Assembly: GCA_964016885.1 (NCBI GenBank)
Contig: OZ024740.1
Location: 180,606,001 to 180,670,000, forward strand
Source of the DNA: Eledone cirrhosa
Lineage: Eukaryota
Direction: 5' to 3'
DNA length: 64,000 bases
The notes under the pieces are model-generated. The model worked only from the letters and a program-made list of their open reading frames with translations, had not been told where the DNA came from and ran no database searches. A program made the position numbers and the translations under genes. Of this stretch, positions 1 to 12,738 are shown one piece after another (position 1 is the stretch's first letter; the number at the start of each line of letters is the position of its first letter).

Positions 1-55
1 TTATCGACCCTGTAAAGAAGAAAGGCAAAGTCAACCTCGGCTGGATTTGAACTCA
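1..55 (-). mobile_element. tRNA-derived SINE fragment, truncated by the 3' tail of the Tx1-like element
   Basis: Matches the middle of the full SINE at 19118-19303 (ttatcgaccc...ggcaaagtcaacctcggc.ggatttgaactca) and stops at the B box where taataat begins. Confidence 0.85.
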
Positions 56-342
56 TATAATAATGCTTTCTTTATTAACCACAAGGGTTTACATGAAGTA
101 GACATTAAGGACAGTGCAGGACAATACAGGACGGTACAAATGGGCATTTCTGCGTGTAAAAAAACAGAGGAGGTAATAAAAAATAACAATGAAAAATTCC
201 CCAATGGGGGGGAGACTTCCGAGGGACATTTGTGGAGAAAGCCCATTAAGAGGCCACAGTGACCCTGACAACCAGGGCAAGTGCCCTCTCCCAGTTTTAC
301 ACCTTTAATTTACAGACAGATACTCAGAGTAGGCCCATTCAC

Positions 343-3001
343 TCAGGCCATACTTGCTTCTCTCACCCATCTTTCAACAAAATGCTGGGAAGAGAGCACT
401 TCCCTCTCTACCCTGATTTTCCTTTTCAAATAAAATTTCAAAAAGTTAAATAGGGCATCACCGAAGAGGTAAGTGCTCGTCTTCAGCCCTTTCAAACGTG
501 TCCACCATACTATCTCTTTCGCCATGGCCACCAGACAGATAAAAACTGCCTGCCCTTCCCGGCTAAAGGAAGAAGGCGGGGCAATCCTCACGTTGGACTC
601 AGCTGATAGCTGGATCCGTCCTACACGTGACAGCAGGTGTTCAACATAAACCCACAAGTCAGCAATTCTCGGACACTGGACGAGTGCGTGCAGGACGGTT
701 TCGTCGCCCTGCGCGCATCTCAGATATGCCCGGCTGACGGCACCTCCATGCCTGTAGACTTTATCCCGAACTGGCAAAGCTCCTCGGTAGCACTGCCAGG
801 CCAGGGATTTCTGGAAGTTGTCCATAGGCCCCGGCCCGAAAGTCGTTCCGAAGAGATTGACTAGTTGATTTTCGTCGATGCCTAGAGTTTCTCCAAGTAC
901 GTCGTCGCTCTTCCCCTCCACTAATCCTCTATAGAACGCCAAAGTGGAGTTTCCACCGATCACATTGCCCGATTGGTCGAGGGCTGTGAGCGCCTGAAGA
1001 CATTCCAATCTCCAAGCGCTCCCTCTCGGTCTTCGCTTGACCCAGGACTGCAGCTCCGTCAAGGAGACGAGCTGTGGAAAGACAGACGTGTCTAACAAAC
1101 GGCGCCCACACCTGATCACCGTCGAGGAAGAGGTGGAGATGTCGTAGCCTGAGCTCGTGTCTGCGCATCATCAAGCACGGCATGCCCAGCCCTCCACGTA
1201 GCGGGTGTTGACAGCAGATGGACCGCCTGATCATCGGAGTGCGTCCCTTCCACAAAAAGCGAAAGAGCAAACGCTCCAGCGCAGTAAGGCGATGACGGAC
1301 GCGATGTACGCGTTAGGCAGCTCCACTCGACTTTTCAGGGATAGCTTCCTCTCCTCCCATTTCTGGGTGAGAGAAGCCACCCTGCTCGTCACCTCGTCCC
1401 AGATTTTGTCCGTCTTGAGGTCCGGACCGAACCAGACCCCTAGCTATTTAAGTGATCCGTCCGTCCAGCGCCCGACGACGCTGTTGGACGGCATGGACCT
1501 GCCTCTCCAGGTGCCGAGCAGCAGGCCCACTGACTTTTCGAAGTTGATCATTGCTCCTGTCACCGCTTGGTATTTTCTTAGTGTAGTGCCGATCACCTCG
1601 ATGTGTTTGGCGTTCGATACCACTACGGTAACATCGTCCGCATATGCTGACACGGATCTTCCGCATCCTAGTTCGCGCGGGACCCCCCTCAACGTCTCGA
1701 GTTTGTGCAGTAATGGCTCGAGAGTCAATACGTACAAGAGGGACGAGAGGGGACATCCTTGGCGGACCGAGCGCATGATGTTGAACGGTTCCGACAGGTG
1801 ACCGTTCACTCTCACCACAGAGCAGATGTCGCTGTGCATGGCAGCGATCCAGCCTCTGAAGACGGACCAGATCGTGGCTTTGATGCCACGACGCGCCTCC
1901 GCCACTCGGGCCCATTGAACGGCTTTCGTCCCCTCGTGTCTGAGAGCACGCACCCTAGCTTTGACAACGCAGCCTTCATGCTTTGCATTGAAGAATTAGT
2001 CAAGGGCCAATTTCGCCGCAAGTACGTCGGTCGCGATTCCTTTGCTAAGCGCCTCGTCTAATTTTCTAACTAATTCTCCCTCTGCTCTATTTTTCTCTAT
2101 TGCTAAACCCTTACTAAACCTAATGGACTCTATTCTAATCGCTCTTTTCAGAGCAAACCACCACTTGTTGTTGACGATGGCCCCCGTCAACGCCCGCTTA
2201 ACTAGTTCGCTAATCCGGTCTCTGTAGGCCTTGCGCGCTGGTAAGGACGCGTTTAGCTTCCAGTAGCCGGGTCCTCGTCTATGAAGCCTATCTAAGTCAA
2301 GCACACAGATCACGAAGTTGTGGTCCGTGTAGCTGACTATCTTGAATTGTGGACAGCCTATGCTAGACCTATCTATTTCCCTACAAAATACTCTATCTAG
2401 ATATGAACTGGACGACACTATGCGATTTGTCCAAGTCCACATTGGCACATTCGGGAAATCCAATCGGTACCTGTCGAACAATTCAAAACGCCTGACCAGT
2501 TTTGTGAGATTCTTGCACGCTCCTCCCCTATCCACTGATCCCACACAGGCCCAGCGTGCATCTCAGATCCCGTTCCAGTCGCACACTAACACTAAAGAGC
2601 GGGACGTTCCAAGGAAGGTCTCCAGACGCCGGAAGAAATCAGGCCGCCCTGCTCCTGTCGGGGCATAGACGGCCACTAACCTGAAAGCTTGCCCGTCTCC
2701 GCTGGTCACGTCCAGCACCACCAACTTACCTTCTGGGTCCAGGAAGATGGCCCGTATGGCAAGATCCAAACCTCTCCGAAAAATCACACCAACTCCTCCC
2801 CCCCGATCCCGGACGGCTGGGAGATGCGTACACATCGTAGCCGCCAAAGATCGGTGCGAAGGTCCGTTATTCGGAGATTCTGGTCTCACTGATGGCCAGT
2901 ACATCTATGTTTAGTGACCTGAGGTCGTTGAGCAGGTGGCCCTGCTTCCATGACGACCCCAAGCCACGCGCATTTATGCTGCCTATTCTGAGAGAGGTCA
3001 T
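343..3001 (-). pseudogene. Tx1-like ORF2 (APE endonuclease + reverse transcriptase), frameshifted
   Basis: Starts MTSLRIGSINARGL at ATG 3001. APE motifs GGVGVIF, VAVYAP, YLDRVF, TDH and YWKLN. RT motifs RQGCPLSSLLY and AYADD. C-terminal ETVLHALVQC. Split over ORF-track pieces 2563-2904, 1996-2544, 1444-1953, 929-1270 and 343-1119. Confidence 0.9.
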
Positions 3002-3035
3002 GTTGAAATGGAGTGGAAAAGATGGGAAAGACCAC

Positions 3036-4690
3036 TTACCTTACTTCTCGTAGAGGAAGGATGGTTTGTCCATCCTTTTCACTGCTTGTGGCCTCCTCCG
3101 GAAGAATGTCCTTATAAATCCTCCTGGAGAGTGTTTGTCGGAAATCTCCGATGTCTTTGGGGTATTTTAGTTTTAGTATTGTGTACGTTTTCTGTGTGAT
3201 GCGAGTGAATTGTATGTGTGAAGGTGGTGTGAACTTTTGGGTTGTTGTGTAGTCTTTTTCTGTGATGCTGGTGTTGTGTTGCATGTAGTGTAATAATTGA
3301 TTATTATTCAAATTTAATGCTGTGTAGTGTGTATCGTATTGGTTGTTTTGTTTTGTTTGCGTTCGTTGTGGGTTTGTTTCTGTTACGCTTTTTGGTGACG
3401 TTTGTGGTGTTGGTGATGGTGGTGTTGGGCTTAATGATGGAGATGGTGTTAGTTTTGTTGGTGTTTGTAGTTCTGGCGCGTTGGTTGGTGATGGTGTTGG
3501 TTTTGCTACTGTTGCTGGGGTTGTTGCTGTTACAGTTGCTTCTGTTGTTGCTGCTACAATTGTTGTTACAATTTCTGCTGCTAGTGGTGTTGATGGTTGA
3601 GTCACTGGGGTGAGTAAGAGAGGTCGCCTCTACCTTTTTAGCCTGAGGGCAGAAAGCCTTTAGGTGGGTTACTTCACCACAAACGACACACCTAGGTCTT
3701 CTGCCCTCGACGATTACGATGAGGTGGCTGCCGTCAGTGAGGTCTGTTTCCTCTGGGATCTCCTCAATGCTTTTATGGTCCGCTTGGATCAGGAGCTCCA
3801 GCCCACATCCGGACCAGTTCTCCTGCTTTTCTTTTGCTATTTCTATTATTTTGGTGTTGGCCTCGATGCCAGCGAGGACGGCAGCCATTAGCAAGGGAAT
3901 TTCGATGGCCGGTGAAACGTGGGTCACCATGATCTTCACAAGTCTCTGGCCACAATAGCTTGGGACGAGTGTGAAGTCGTCATTTCTTAATGGGGTCACG
4001 GAATGTTCTCTGGCCTCCTGTGGTGTTTCTAAGAACACGTCCACGGTTCCATACTTCTGCCCACGTCTGATATTGTTTTTTTTGCCCACACATGTCCCAA
4101 AGCTTTTTGGATTTGGGACTCGGATGCCCGTTCAACTCGGCGCGATTTTATGTTAATTGTCCGATAAGACACGGTGCATAGGCGACGTTGCTCCATTTTA
4201 TTAGGTGGGTGAGGGGGGGGGGGGGGGGGCTGACCCTGTACCCATCTTTCTTTACCATTCCTTTGGCTTCTTCTAATTCCTCCTGAGTTACCTGGATCGC
4301 TTCGCACGTTTATGCTACTCTGGCAAAACTCAGGGTAGTTTTCTTAATTTCATTGTTGCTGTTGTTGTTATCATTATTTTTCCTATTGTTAACTTTAGTT
4401 TCAGTTTTGGTGGTGGTGGCGTCAGTAATGTTCGGTGTGGAAGAGTTCATTTTGGAAGAATTCATTTCGATACCACGAGTTAATTAACTGTTTTCTTTTG
4501 TTTCTGTTGTCGCGGTGGTGGTGGTGGCGGCGGCTTTAACTCCTGCAGTCATTGGTAATGGCGGTAAATGAAAGTCTGCCTGAGACAAATTTAAAATATT
4601 GGTACTGCTTACATTTCCAGTGTTGGCAAACGTAGCAATATTTACAATGGTGGTGTCGGTGTGAGGAAGGATTGACTCTGAGACATCCAT
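3036..4690 (-). pseudogene. Tx1-like ORF1 (gag-like, CCHC zinc knuckle, Thr/Pro-rich linker), frameshifted
   Basis: RPRCVVCGEVTHLKAFC knuckle in 3304-4089. Homologous to ORF1 of copy B (CTVSYRT..KSRRVERA; YGTVDVFL; LVPSYCGQ). Confidence 0.8.
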
Positions 4691-4905
4691 GATTTTTCAC
4701 AGAAAAATTTTTGTTTGATAATTATAAAACGTTTAAATTTTGGGCTCAAGGCCCCAATATTTTTGAGTGTCCTTTTCAGAAATCAATGTATGTGCACTTA
4801 TATACAGTTAACAATAAAAATTTTCCATAAATGACAATTTTAAACAACTGAAAATAACAAACCTTTGCGGAGCTCACGATGATACGATTTACTACGTAGG
4901 TCGCC

Positions 4906-4957
<52 letters not shown>
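4906..4957. repeat. (TAA)n microsatellite
   Basis: Direct reading. Confidence 0.98.
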
Positions 4958-4958
<1 letters not shown>

Positions 4959-5820
4959 GGGAAGAAGACGCACGAGGTGACGGAGGTCATGAAATCGCTC
5001 CCGTAAATTTTGAATTTTTAACATATTTAAATCATTTGTGAAATAACAACTCTTAGTACAAATGCTACGTAAAGCACCCGGCTTGAGCCCAAAAAAATTC
5101 GGACCCAAAATATATTGTTATAAGGCTCAAATATTCAAATATTCAACTTTGTATTGTACACTGTATATCCAAAAAAGAAAATGGCTATAAATGGAAGAAG
5201 AACCCCCCCCACCCCCTCTCTTCTGTCTACACTATATAGAACAGCCAAACTCACCAACACCAGAAACTAGATACACCACCCACCCCATCACCTGTGTCCA
5301 CTAAACACAACAGCCAGATAATGGCATTTTCACCACCACCGCTCACTACGGCCATCATTACCACCATTATCCCATCACCGCCGCCACCACCCCTTCACTC
5401 CTCCACTGCTACCAGCGCTACAGCACCATCACTACAGTAATACGGTCACATCACCGCTACCACTGCCTCGGTATCGACATCACCACCACCACTGTCTCAG
5501 TATCACTACCGCCGCCAGTCTCCCACTTCTACCAGCTGGCTGCTGCCACCACATTATAGAATCCCTACTGCTAAAAAAGAGGAAGGCATCAAAATATATA
5601 GATAGAATCAAAAGAAAAAAGAAAAAAGAAAAAAACAAGCAACAAAACCAAAGCAGCACAGCAACAACAGCAAAAAAAGAGAAAAACAAACAGAGAAAAA
5701 CAAAAACAAAAAAAAACAAAAAAACGTAAAGAAAATAAGAATGAAGAGAGAAGCAGGCGGACGGACAGAGAAGAGGGGGGAGAAACTAAAACTTAAAAAA
5801 CAAAAACTAAGTCAGACATT
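4958..5820 (-). mobile_element. Orphan 5' UTR/ORF1-start fragment of a Tx1-like element related to copy B
   Basis: 4958-5190 aligns with ~18561-18730 (gggaaga.acgcacg..., aatcgctcccgtaa.ttt, aaaatggct). It is followed by a similar CAC-rich tract. The distal boundary is uncertain. Confidence 0.6.
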
Positions 5821-5899
5821 CGAACACTACATTGCAATGAAACTTATGCTTATTCATTTTTGGGGCCCTTTCTGCCTGTGTGTTTGTTTGTTTATGTGT

Positions 5900-8800
5900 G
5901 TTCGTATACAGCGTGGTGATAATGCCACACAAGGGCCAAGTGGAATGGCGGATCCACAGATGGCTATGTAACCATACATTCGCCAATCCTCGATAAGAGT
6001 GTTTAAATATCGAACATAAACAGTTCGAATAACGGTGAAATGGAGACTAGAACGTCATGTGACAGACTCTCACCCAACAGGTGCCCCCTGGCTCAGCAGC
6101 AGGAACCTGACTGTCAACCAAATACTGCTGATGTTGGAGGAAGGAGAAGAAGGAAAGGGGCCAGAACCAACTGGACGAAAGAATTGAATAGAACTGTTAT
6201 GCAATGTTACCTGAAAAGTAACCCCAAGGAGAGGGGCTACAGGAGACGGATGCACAACATCTGGAACGAGATTGGTTTATTTAAATTAGATGAACAAAAA
6301 TTGGCCGGGCAGGGTCGGGTAATAAGAACTAATGGGTAGATAAGCGAGCTGGAACTGGAGGAACTGAGCAGAGAGAATGGCTTGGAGATGGCGGGTGTAG
6401 TATGCTAGACAAGCGAGCCAGTGGGAAATGAAGGTGAAGAGGTCGTGAGAACGGAGGAACCACCCGAAGCAGACAATGATCTGAATACTGAGATAAATAA
6501 TACATGGAACAGAGATACGGCCACTGAGGAGATGAATGCTGACGGGCTAGGACAAGATTCGGTTGACATCCTAAATTTAGTGGTAGATGAATTGAACAAT
6601 GATAGTGGGAGACCTATGAACCTAAGATTTGTAGACAGGAAAAAGTTAAAAGAAACAACAGCTAAGTAAACAAAGTCATCCCATACCTTGAGGCGAGGAG
6701 CCTTCACCAGTGCAACAATATCCTCAAAGCAACAGCAAATACGGTGAGGAAACTACTTGGTATAAAAGCGAGAGGAAACAACAGACAAGAAAGAGCAGAG
6801 CCGTGGTGGAAGAAGCGACTGAGTGTGCAAATCGGGGAAATGAGAAATGACATAGGAAAGCTTGAGTCACTACTGAATGGGACACTAAAAAACATAGGCA
6901 CTAAAAATAGACTGGAAATAAAATACAAAACTAGGAGGAAAAAGCTAAATATTATCATAGAGGAACTGAAGCAACGCATTGTAGCAAAGAGTGCAAAAAT
7001 CAGGCGATACGAGAACAGAGTCAGTCAGTATAAACAGAACCGCATGTTCGACAACAACCAGAAGATGCTGTTTGGACAGCTTGAGGGGAAAGAAAGAGGC
7101 AACGACTTGATCCCTGGGGCGGAGCAAACTAAAACATTCTGGAGAGGAATATGGGAGCAGGATGTTAGACATAATGTCCAGGCAGGGTGGATTGAGACAG
7201 TACAGAGGGAGATCGGTGAGCAGGCACAACAACAAACTGTTGAAACTCTTAAGGGGCAGGCCAAAAAACTAACCAACTGGAAATCACCAGGCCCAGATGG
7301 TGTGCAGGGATATTGGATTAAACATTTAACATCCCTCCACCAGAAGCTGACGGCCATGTTCAATGACTGCTTGGTGTCGGGTGAGGTACCAGAGTGGTTG
7401 ACAAAAGGTACCACAGTTCTGATAATGAAAGACCGAATCAAGGGTAATGATGTTACCAACTATAGACCTATCACATGTCTGTCCGTAATGTGGAAACTGT
7501 TGAGGAGCATTGTGTCTGAGGAAATCTACCATCACCTCCACACAAACAACTTGTTACCGGACGAACAGAAAGGATGCCGAAAGAAGTCACGTGGTACAAA
7601 GGACCAGTTACTTATTGATAAGATGGTAATGGGGAATTGCAGGAGGAGACACACTGATCTTGCCATGGGATGGATAGACTACAGAAAGGCATTTGACATG
7701 GTGCCTCATTCTTGGATCACCAAAAGCCTGGAGATCTTCAGGGTGGCAGACAACATCAGACAATTGCTGGGCAGGAGTATGGGGTCCTGGGAGACAGAGT
7801 TGACATCAACTGGAGTATCCTTGGGAAGCGTGAAGATCAAGAGAGGTATCTTCCAGGGAGATAGCCTGTCCCCTCTGTTGTTTGTCCTTGCCCTGATGCC
7901 CTTGACCATTATGCTGCGAAAAGTGAGAGCAGGATACGAGTTGGGAAGGGGAGAGCTTACCATCAATCACCTCCTCTTCATGGACGATCTTAAGCTCTTC
8001 GGGAAAAGTGAGAAGGAGTTGGATGTGCTTGTTGACACTGTCCGTATTTTCAGCAATGATATATGTATGCAGTTTGGTATTGGTAAATGTGGAGTCATTG
8101 TGATTAGGAGGGGTAGGTTGAGCAGAAGTAACGGGATCCAGATACCAACAGGTGAAATGATAAAGGAAATTGACTCTGAGGAAGGATACAAGTATTTGGG
8201 CGTTCTGGAGGCTGATGGCATAAAGAACAAAAAAATGAAGGAATTGTTAAGAACTGAATACATTCGGAGAGTAAGGAGCGTATTGAAGTCACATCTGAAC
8301 AGCAGAAATGCCATAAGCGCAGTAAATTCCCGAGCTGTGTCTATTATTAGGTACAGTGCAGGAATTCTGAGATGGAATGTTGCTGAACAAAAAGAAATGG
8401 ATAGGAAGACTAGGAAGCTATTGACTATCTACAACATGTTCCACAAGAGGAGTGATGTCGATAGGCTCTACCTAAGGAGATCTGAGGGTGGAAGAGGTCT
8501 TATCAGCATAGAGGACTGTGTTCAGATGGAGAAAAACAACCTATACAAATACGTGACCTATAGTAAGGAGCCAATGCTCAGAACTGTACTGAAGGAGAGG
8601 ACAGTAGGCCAGGGGATGTCCAAGGAGGAAATAACATCAAGGAGGAAGAGCAGCCTTAAGGGAAAATCCCTTCATAGTACCTTCTTTGAGAAAACTGAAT
8701 TTAGAGATCCACAGACATGGAACTGGTTGAGAAGAGGAGACCTCAAAAAGGCTACAGAAGGAATGCTAATGGCTGCGCAGGAGCAGGCCCTCAAAACGAA

Positions 8801-9495
8801 GTGGTTGAAGCACCATATTTACAAGGAGGAGGCTAGCCCACTGTGCAGGATCTGTGGAGAGAGAGAGGAGACTGTGGCTCACATTGTGTCCGAGTGTAAA
8901 CACCTAGCCCAGACCCACTATAAGGGCTGGAGACACGATGTGATGGGCAGGGTGATCCACTGGCACCTGTGCAAAGTAAACAATTTACCACATTCTGAGA
9001 AATGGTATGAGCATAGGCCAGAGGCGGTGATGGAGAACAATCAGGTGAAAGTGCTGTGGGATTTTACGATACAGACGGACAAAAAACTGGAACACAATAG
9101 ACCTGACCTGGTGGTTGTGGACAAGGAAAAAAGAACGTGTCTGATTGTGGATGTGGCCTGCCCGTTCGACACGAGAGTGCAAGAGAAGGAGAGGAAGAAA
9201 ATTAACCGATACCAGGACCTAAAGTGGGAGGTGAAAAGGATTTGGAACTGCCATGAAGTCAAAGTTATCCCGATTGTAATAGGCGCACTGGGGACTATCT
9301 CCAAAAGTTTCCAGGGATGGTTAAAGAAAATCGGCCCCTACACGCTTTTTGGAACGCTCCAAAAGGCATGCTTGCTTGGAACAGCAAGAACCCTCCGATA
9401 CGTCCTGAATATCTGAGGCTGCAGGTAGTGGCTTGATATTCAATCCAACGGACTTTCCAGTTAACCAACATCAATGACTGAGATTCAAGGAATAA
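5900..9495 (+). mobile_element. R4/Dong-clade non-LTR retrotransposon, copy 1 (near full length)
   Basis: Single long ORF architecture: N-terminal Myb-like region, RT, CCHC and REL endonuclease. Short 3' UTR ending in (ATA)n. The 5' boundary is approximate. Confidence 0.9.
6040..9416 (+). CDS. R4/Dong-like RT + restriction-like endonuclease; 6744-9416 open (890 aa), N-terminus disrupted by stops/frameshift
   Basis: NWKSPGPDG, NYRPITCL, WIDYRKAFD, RGIFQGDSLSPLLF, LLFMDDLKL, YKYLG, CRICGEREETVAHIVSEC, RHD, RPDLVVVD..VDVACPFD, KKINRY, LQKACLLGTARTLR. Confidence 0.92.
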
Positions 9496-9525
9496 CAACA
9501 ATAATAATAATAATAATAATAATAA
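9496..9525. repeat. (ATA)n tract separating two Dong-like elements
   Basis: Direct reading. Confidence 0.95.
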
Positions 9526-12500
9526 ATTGTAACAGTTCGAATCCCAGGGTTGGGGCGGAATCACTGACAACAGAACAAATTAAAGAAAGGATAGAAAAAG
9601 TGGCGGGAGTGCATGCTCAAGATGAAACTCAAAATGAAAACAATGAGATCGTAAATAATAAAGAAATGAATGAGAATGAACTTGCCAACTTGAAGTATGA
9701 AATTATGATCGAATGGATGAAAATGAAAGCATCTGAGATGGGGGAACGAGGCACCCTCCCTAAGATCCAGAACTCCAAACAGAACCAAAAGATAATACAC
9801 AAGACTCACATAATTCTCAAAAACATTATCATCACAAAGAAAATAAACATTACTGATTTAAACCATCTCTATTATGCATCGGCTAAAGTCACCACTCACT
9901 TATGGGGAGTGAAAGTGAAAAAACAAAGGAATTCCTACAAGAAATCTATTTGGCAAGAGAACATCAATCGCCCAATAAACCTTCTCCGATCTGACATAGA
10001 CATTTTAACAAACTACAAAGTAGGTGAATATGTTAAACAAACTAAACTTTGAAAATTGAAAAGAAAATACAGTATAAAATCAACAAGTGACATAGACATG
10101 CTGATAGAAATAATCAAGCAAAAAATGCCGGCTAAAAACGATCTAGCTTCTATAAGGACAATAATATGTTCAAAGACAACCAAAGAAACTTCTAGCAAAA
10201 CATTGGCAAGTCAATAATAACTGCTGAAATCAATACCACCCAAGGAGGAAGAATTCTGGGAAAAGATCTGGGCCGAAGAAAAAGTTCATAATATACATGC
10301 CCCATGTATAGACAGACAAATGAAAGATACAGCTCACCGTGAGAAACAAATATGGGAAAATATAACAGTTGAACTGTTGCGTTCGGCTCTTAGAAAAACC
10401 AGCAAATGGAAATCCCCAAGAAAAGACAAAATACCAAATTTTTGGATAAATACCTTCACAGAGTCTCATGAGCTGTTAGCCCAACTTTACAATGAAATAG
10501 TTAAGGAGCCAGAAAAGATACCTCCATGGCTAGTTAACGGCATTACATTCCTGCATCCGAAGAATGATGAGACAAACAATCCTAAAAATTACAGACCGAT
10601 AACTTGCTTGAGAAAATGTATAACATTTTAACATCAGTCCTAACTGAATACACATATGACCACCTGATAAAAAATGACCTATTTCCCAAGCAGCAGAAAG
10701 GGTGTAAACGAGGCTCATATGGCTGTAAGGATCAGCTTATGGTTAACAAAATGATACTGGAAGATTGTCATAATAGACACAAACATCTATCAATTGCTTG
10801 GATAGATTATAAAAAAGTATTCAATAGTTTGCCACACAGTTGGATTGAAAAATGTTTAGAGATTTTCAAAATATCTCCCGTTGTCAGGAGGTTCTTTTCA
10901 TTCAGTACGAAGACATGGAAAACGACACTCCTTTTGAATAGTGAAAAGGAATCACTGAAAGCTGGAGATGTTAATATTAATTGTGGAATTTTTCAGGGTG
11001 ACTCTTTATCACTTTTATTTGCAAAAAATGATGAACAATTGCAAGGGCTATTATCCACTGTGGACAGTTCAGTGATGACATTAAAATGGAGTTTGGACTA
11101 AATAAATGCGCCAGAGCAACGTTCACTAGAGGAAAGCTGCTGAAAAGTTCTGACATTCATGTTCATCAGGGGAATGTGATAAGAGAACTTGATCAATAGG
11201 AACCTTACAAATATCTAGGTGTTAGTGAAGGAGACGGAATCAAGCACTCGACAATGAGGGAAAGGATAAGGAAGGAATGTTACCTCAAAGTATGAACAAT
11301 CTTAAGAACGGAATTGAATGCAAGGAATAGGATCGTTGCCATAAACACGCTTGCCATACCAGTAGTAACCTACAGTTACAACGTCATCAACTGGTCTAGA
11401 ACAGAGATCCGTAGGCTCGATACAAAAATTAGAAAATTCTTAACTATGCACAGAATGCATCACCCTAAGGCAGATAGATATAGAATATATTTCCCTAGGA
11501 AAGAAGGAGGGCGTGGGATAATACAGTTAGATATTGCGTTGAAAACTGCAACAATTGGATTATCTACATATCTAAGGGAATCACATGATTGGATGATCAA
11601 ACTCGCTTTGAAACACGAAAGCATCAAAAGATCATACTCCATTACAAAAGATGCACAAAGATACAATAATTGACTACAAATTTCAGAAGTCCCATTTACT
11701 GCTTAAATGGAAAACACAGAAAAAGCAAAGCAGGTAAAAGTTACTGCAAAGAAAGAACTGCTACAGAAACTGGCTAAGAAATGGCAAGAAAAGCCTCTGT
11801 ATGGAAAATACCCAGAAAGAGCTAACAATCCTGATGTTGACAAAACTTTAACCCATCAGTGGTTGGCATCCTCTGGACTGAAATCGGAGACTGAAGGACT
11901 ATCAACACAAGATCAGTGTCTGCCAACAAAAAATTACCAAGCCAACATAATAAAAAATGGATGCAACTCATTATGCCGTGTATGTAAAAAACAACCAGAG
12001 GCCATTGATCATATAATTTCAATGTGCAGTCCTATAGCTCCAACCGAATACCTGAACAGGCATGACAGAGCTGCACAATACATACATTGGATAATGTGTA
12101 AGCATTTTGACCTGCCCCATCAAAAGAATTGGTGGGATAATTAACCACATCCCATACTTGAAAAAGATCACATCTCAAACTTGTGGAACTTTAGCATCCA
12201 AACAGACCGAGACATAGATGCAAATAGACTCGATATAATATTGAAGGACTTTAAAAAGAGGGTATGCCTGATAATTGAAATGTCCGTTCCAATAGACAAG
12301 TATGTAACTATAAAAACATTTGAAAAATTGAGCAAGTATAAGGACCTGGAGATAGAAATTGGAAAAATGTGGAAATTGAGAACTAAAACAATACCAGTGG
12401 TTGTATGCGCTCTAGGAATGATACCTAAGGGGTCTAATGATTAGTAATCAAAATCCCATGAAACCCGCATATAGGAGAAATACTAAAGATAGTACTAATG

Positions 12501-12682
12501 GGAACTGCCCATATACTAAGGAAGATTCTGTCAATATAAGTACATCACAAGTCTAAACACATAATGATGTATGTGTGTGTATGTATGTGCTTTCTTGAAC
12601 ATGCCGGACCTTGTTGTCTCTTGAGTTCACTGGTGGTGACATGCTGATAACTGGTATGAACATAAAGCAAGATAAATGCAAC
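9526..12682 (+). mobile_element. R4/Dong-clade element, copy 2 (different subfamily, 5'-truncated, many stops and frameshifts)
   Basis: ORF pieces with KWKSPRKDKI, NYRPITCL, AWIDYKKVF, GIFQGDSLS, CRVCKKQPEAIDHIISMC, NRHD, NRLDIILKD and EKLSKYKDL. The FMDD segment is deleted (DSLSL joined to LFAKND). Confidence 0.88.

Positions 12683-12735
<53 letters not shown>
12683..12735. repeat. (TAA)n tract shared tail-to-tail by Dong copy 2 and Tx1 copy B
   Basis: Direct reading. Confidence 0.97.

Positions 12736-12738
<3 letters not shown>

Larger units (their letters stand above)
58..4905 (-). mobile_element. L1/Tx1-clade non-LTR retrotransposon, copy A (degenerate, internal deletion in RT)
   Basis: ORF1 with a CCHC knuckle and ORF2 with APE endonuclease, RT and C-terminal cysteine motif. 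The 3' end has AATAAA plus a short (ATT)n tail and the 5' end abuts (TAA)n at 4906. Confidence 0.9.

Noticed and set aside
6744-9416. Prokaryotic RT system (retron, DGR or group II intron)
   Set aside because: The domain order RT-CCHC-REL and the (TAA)n tail identify a eukaryotic R4-clade element.
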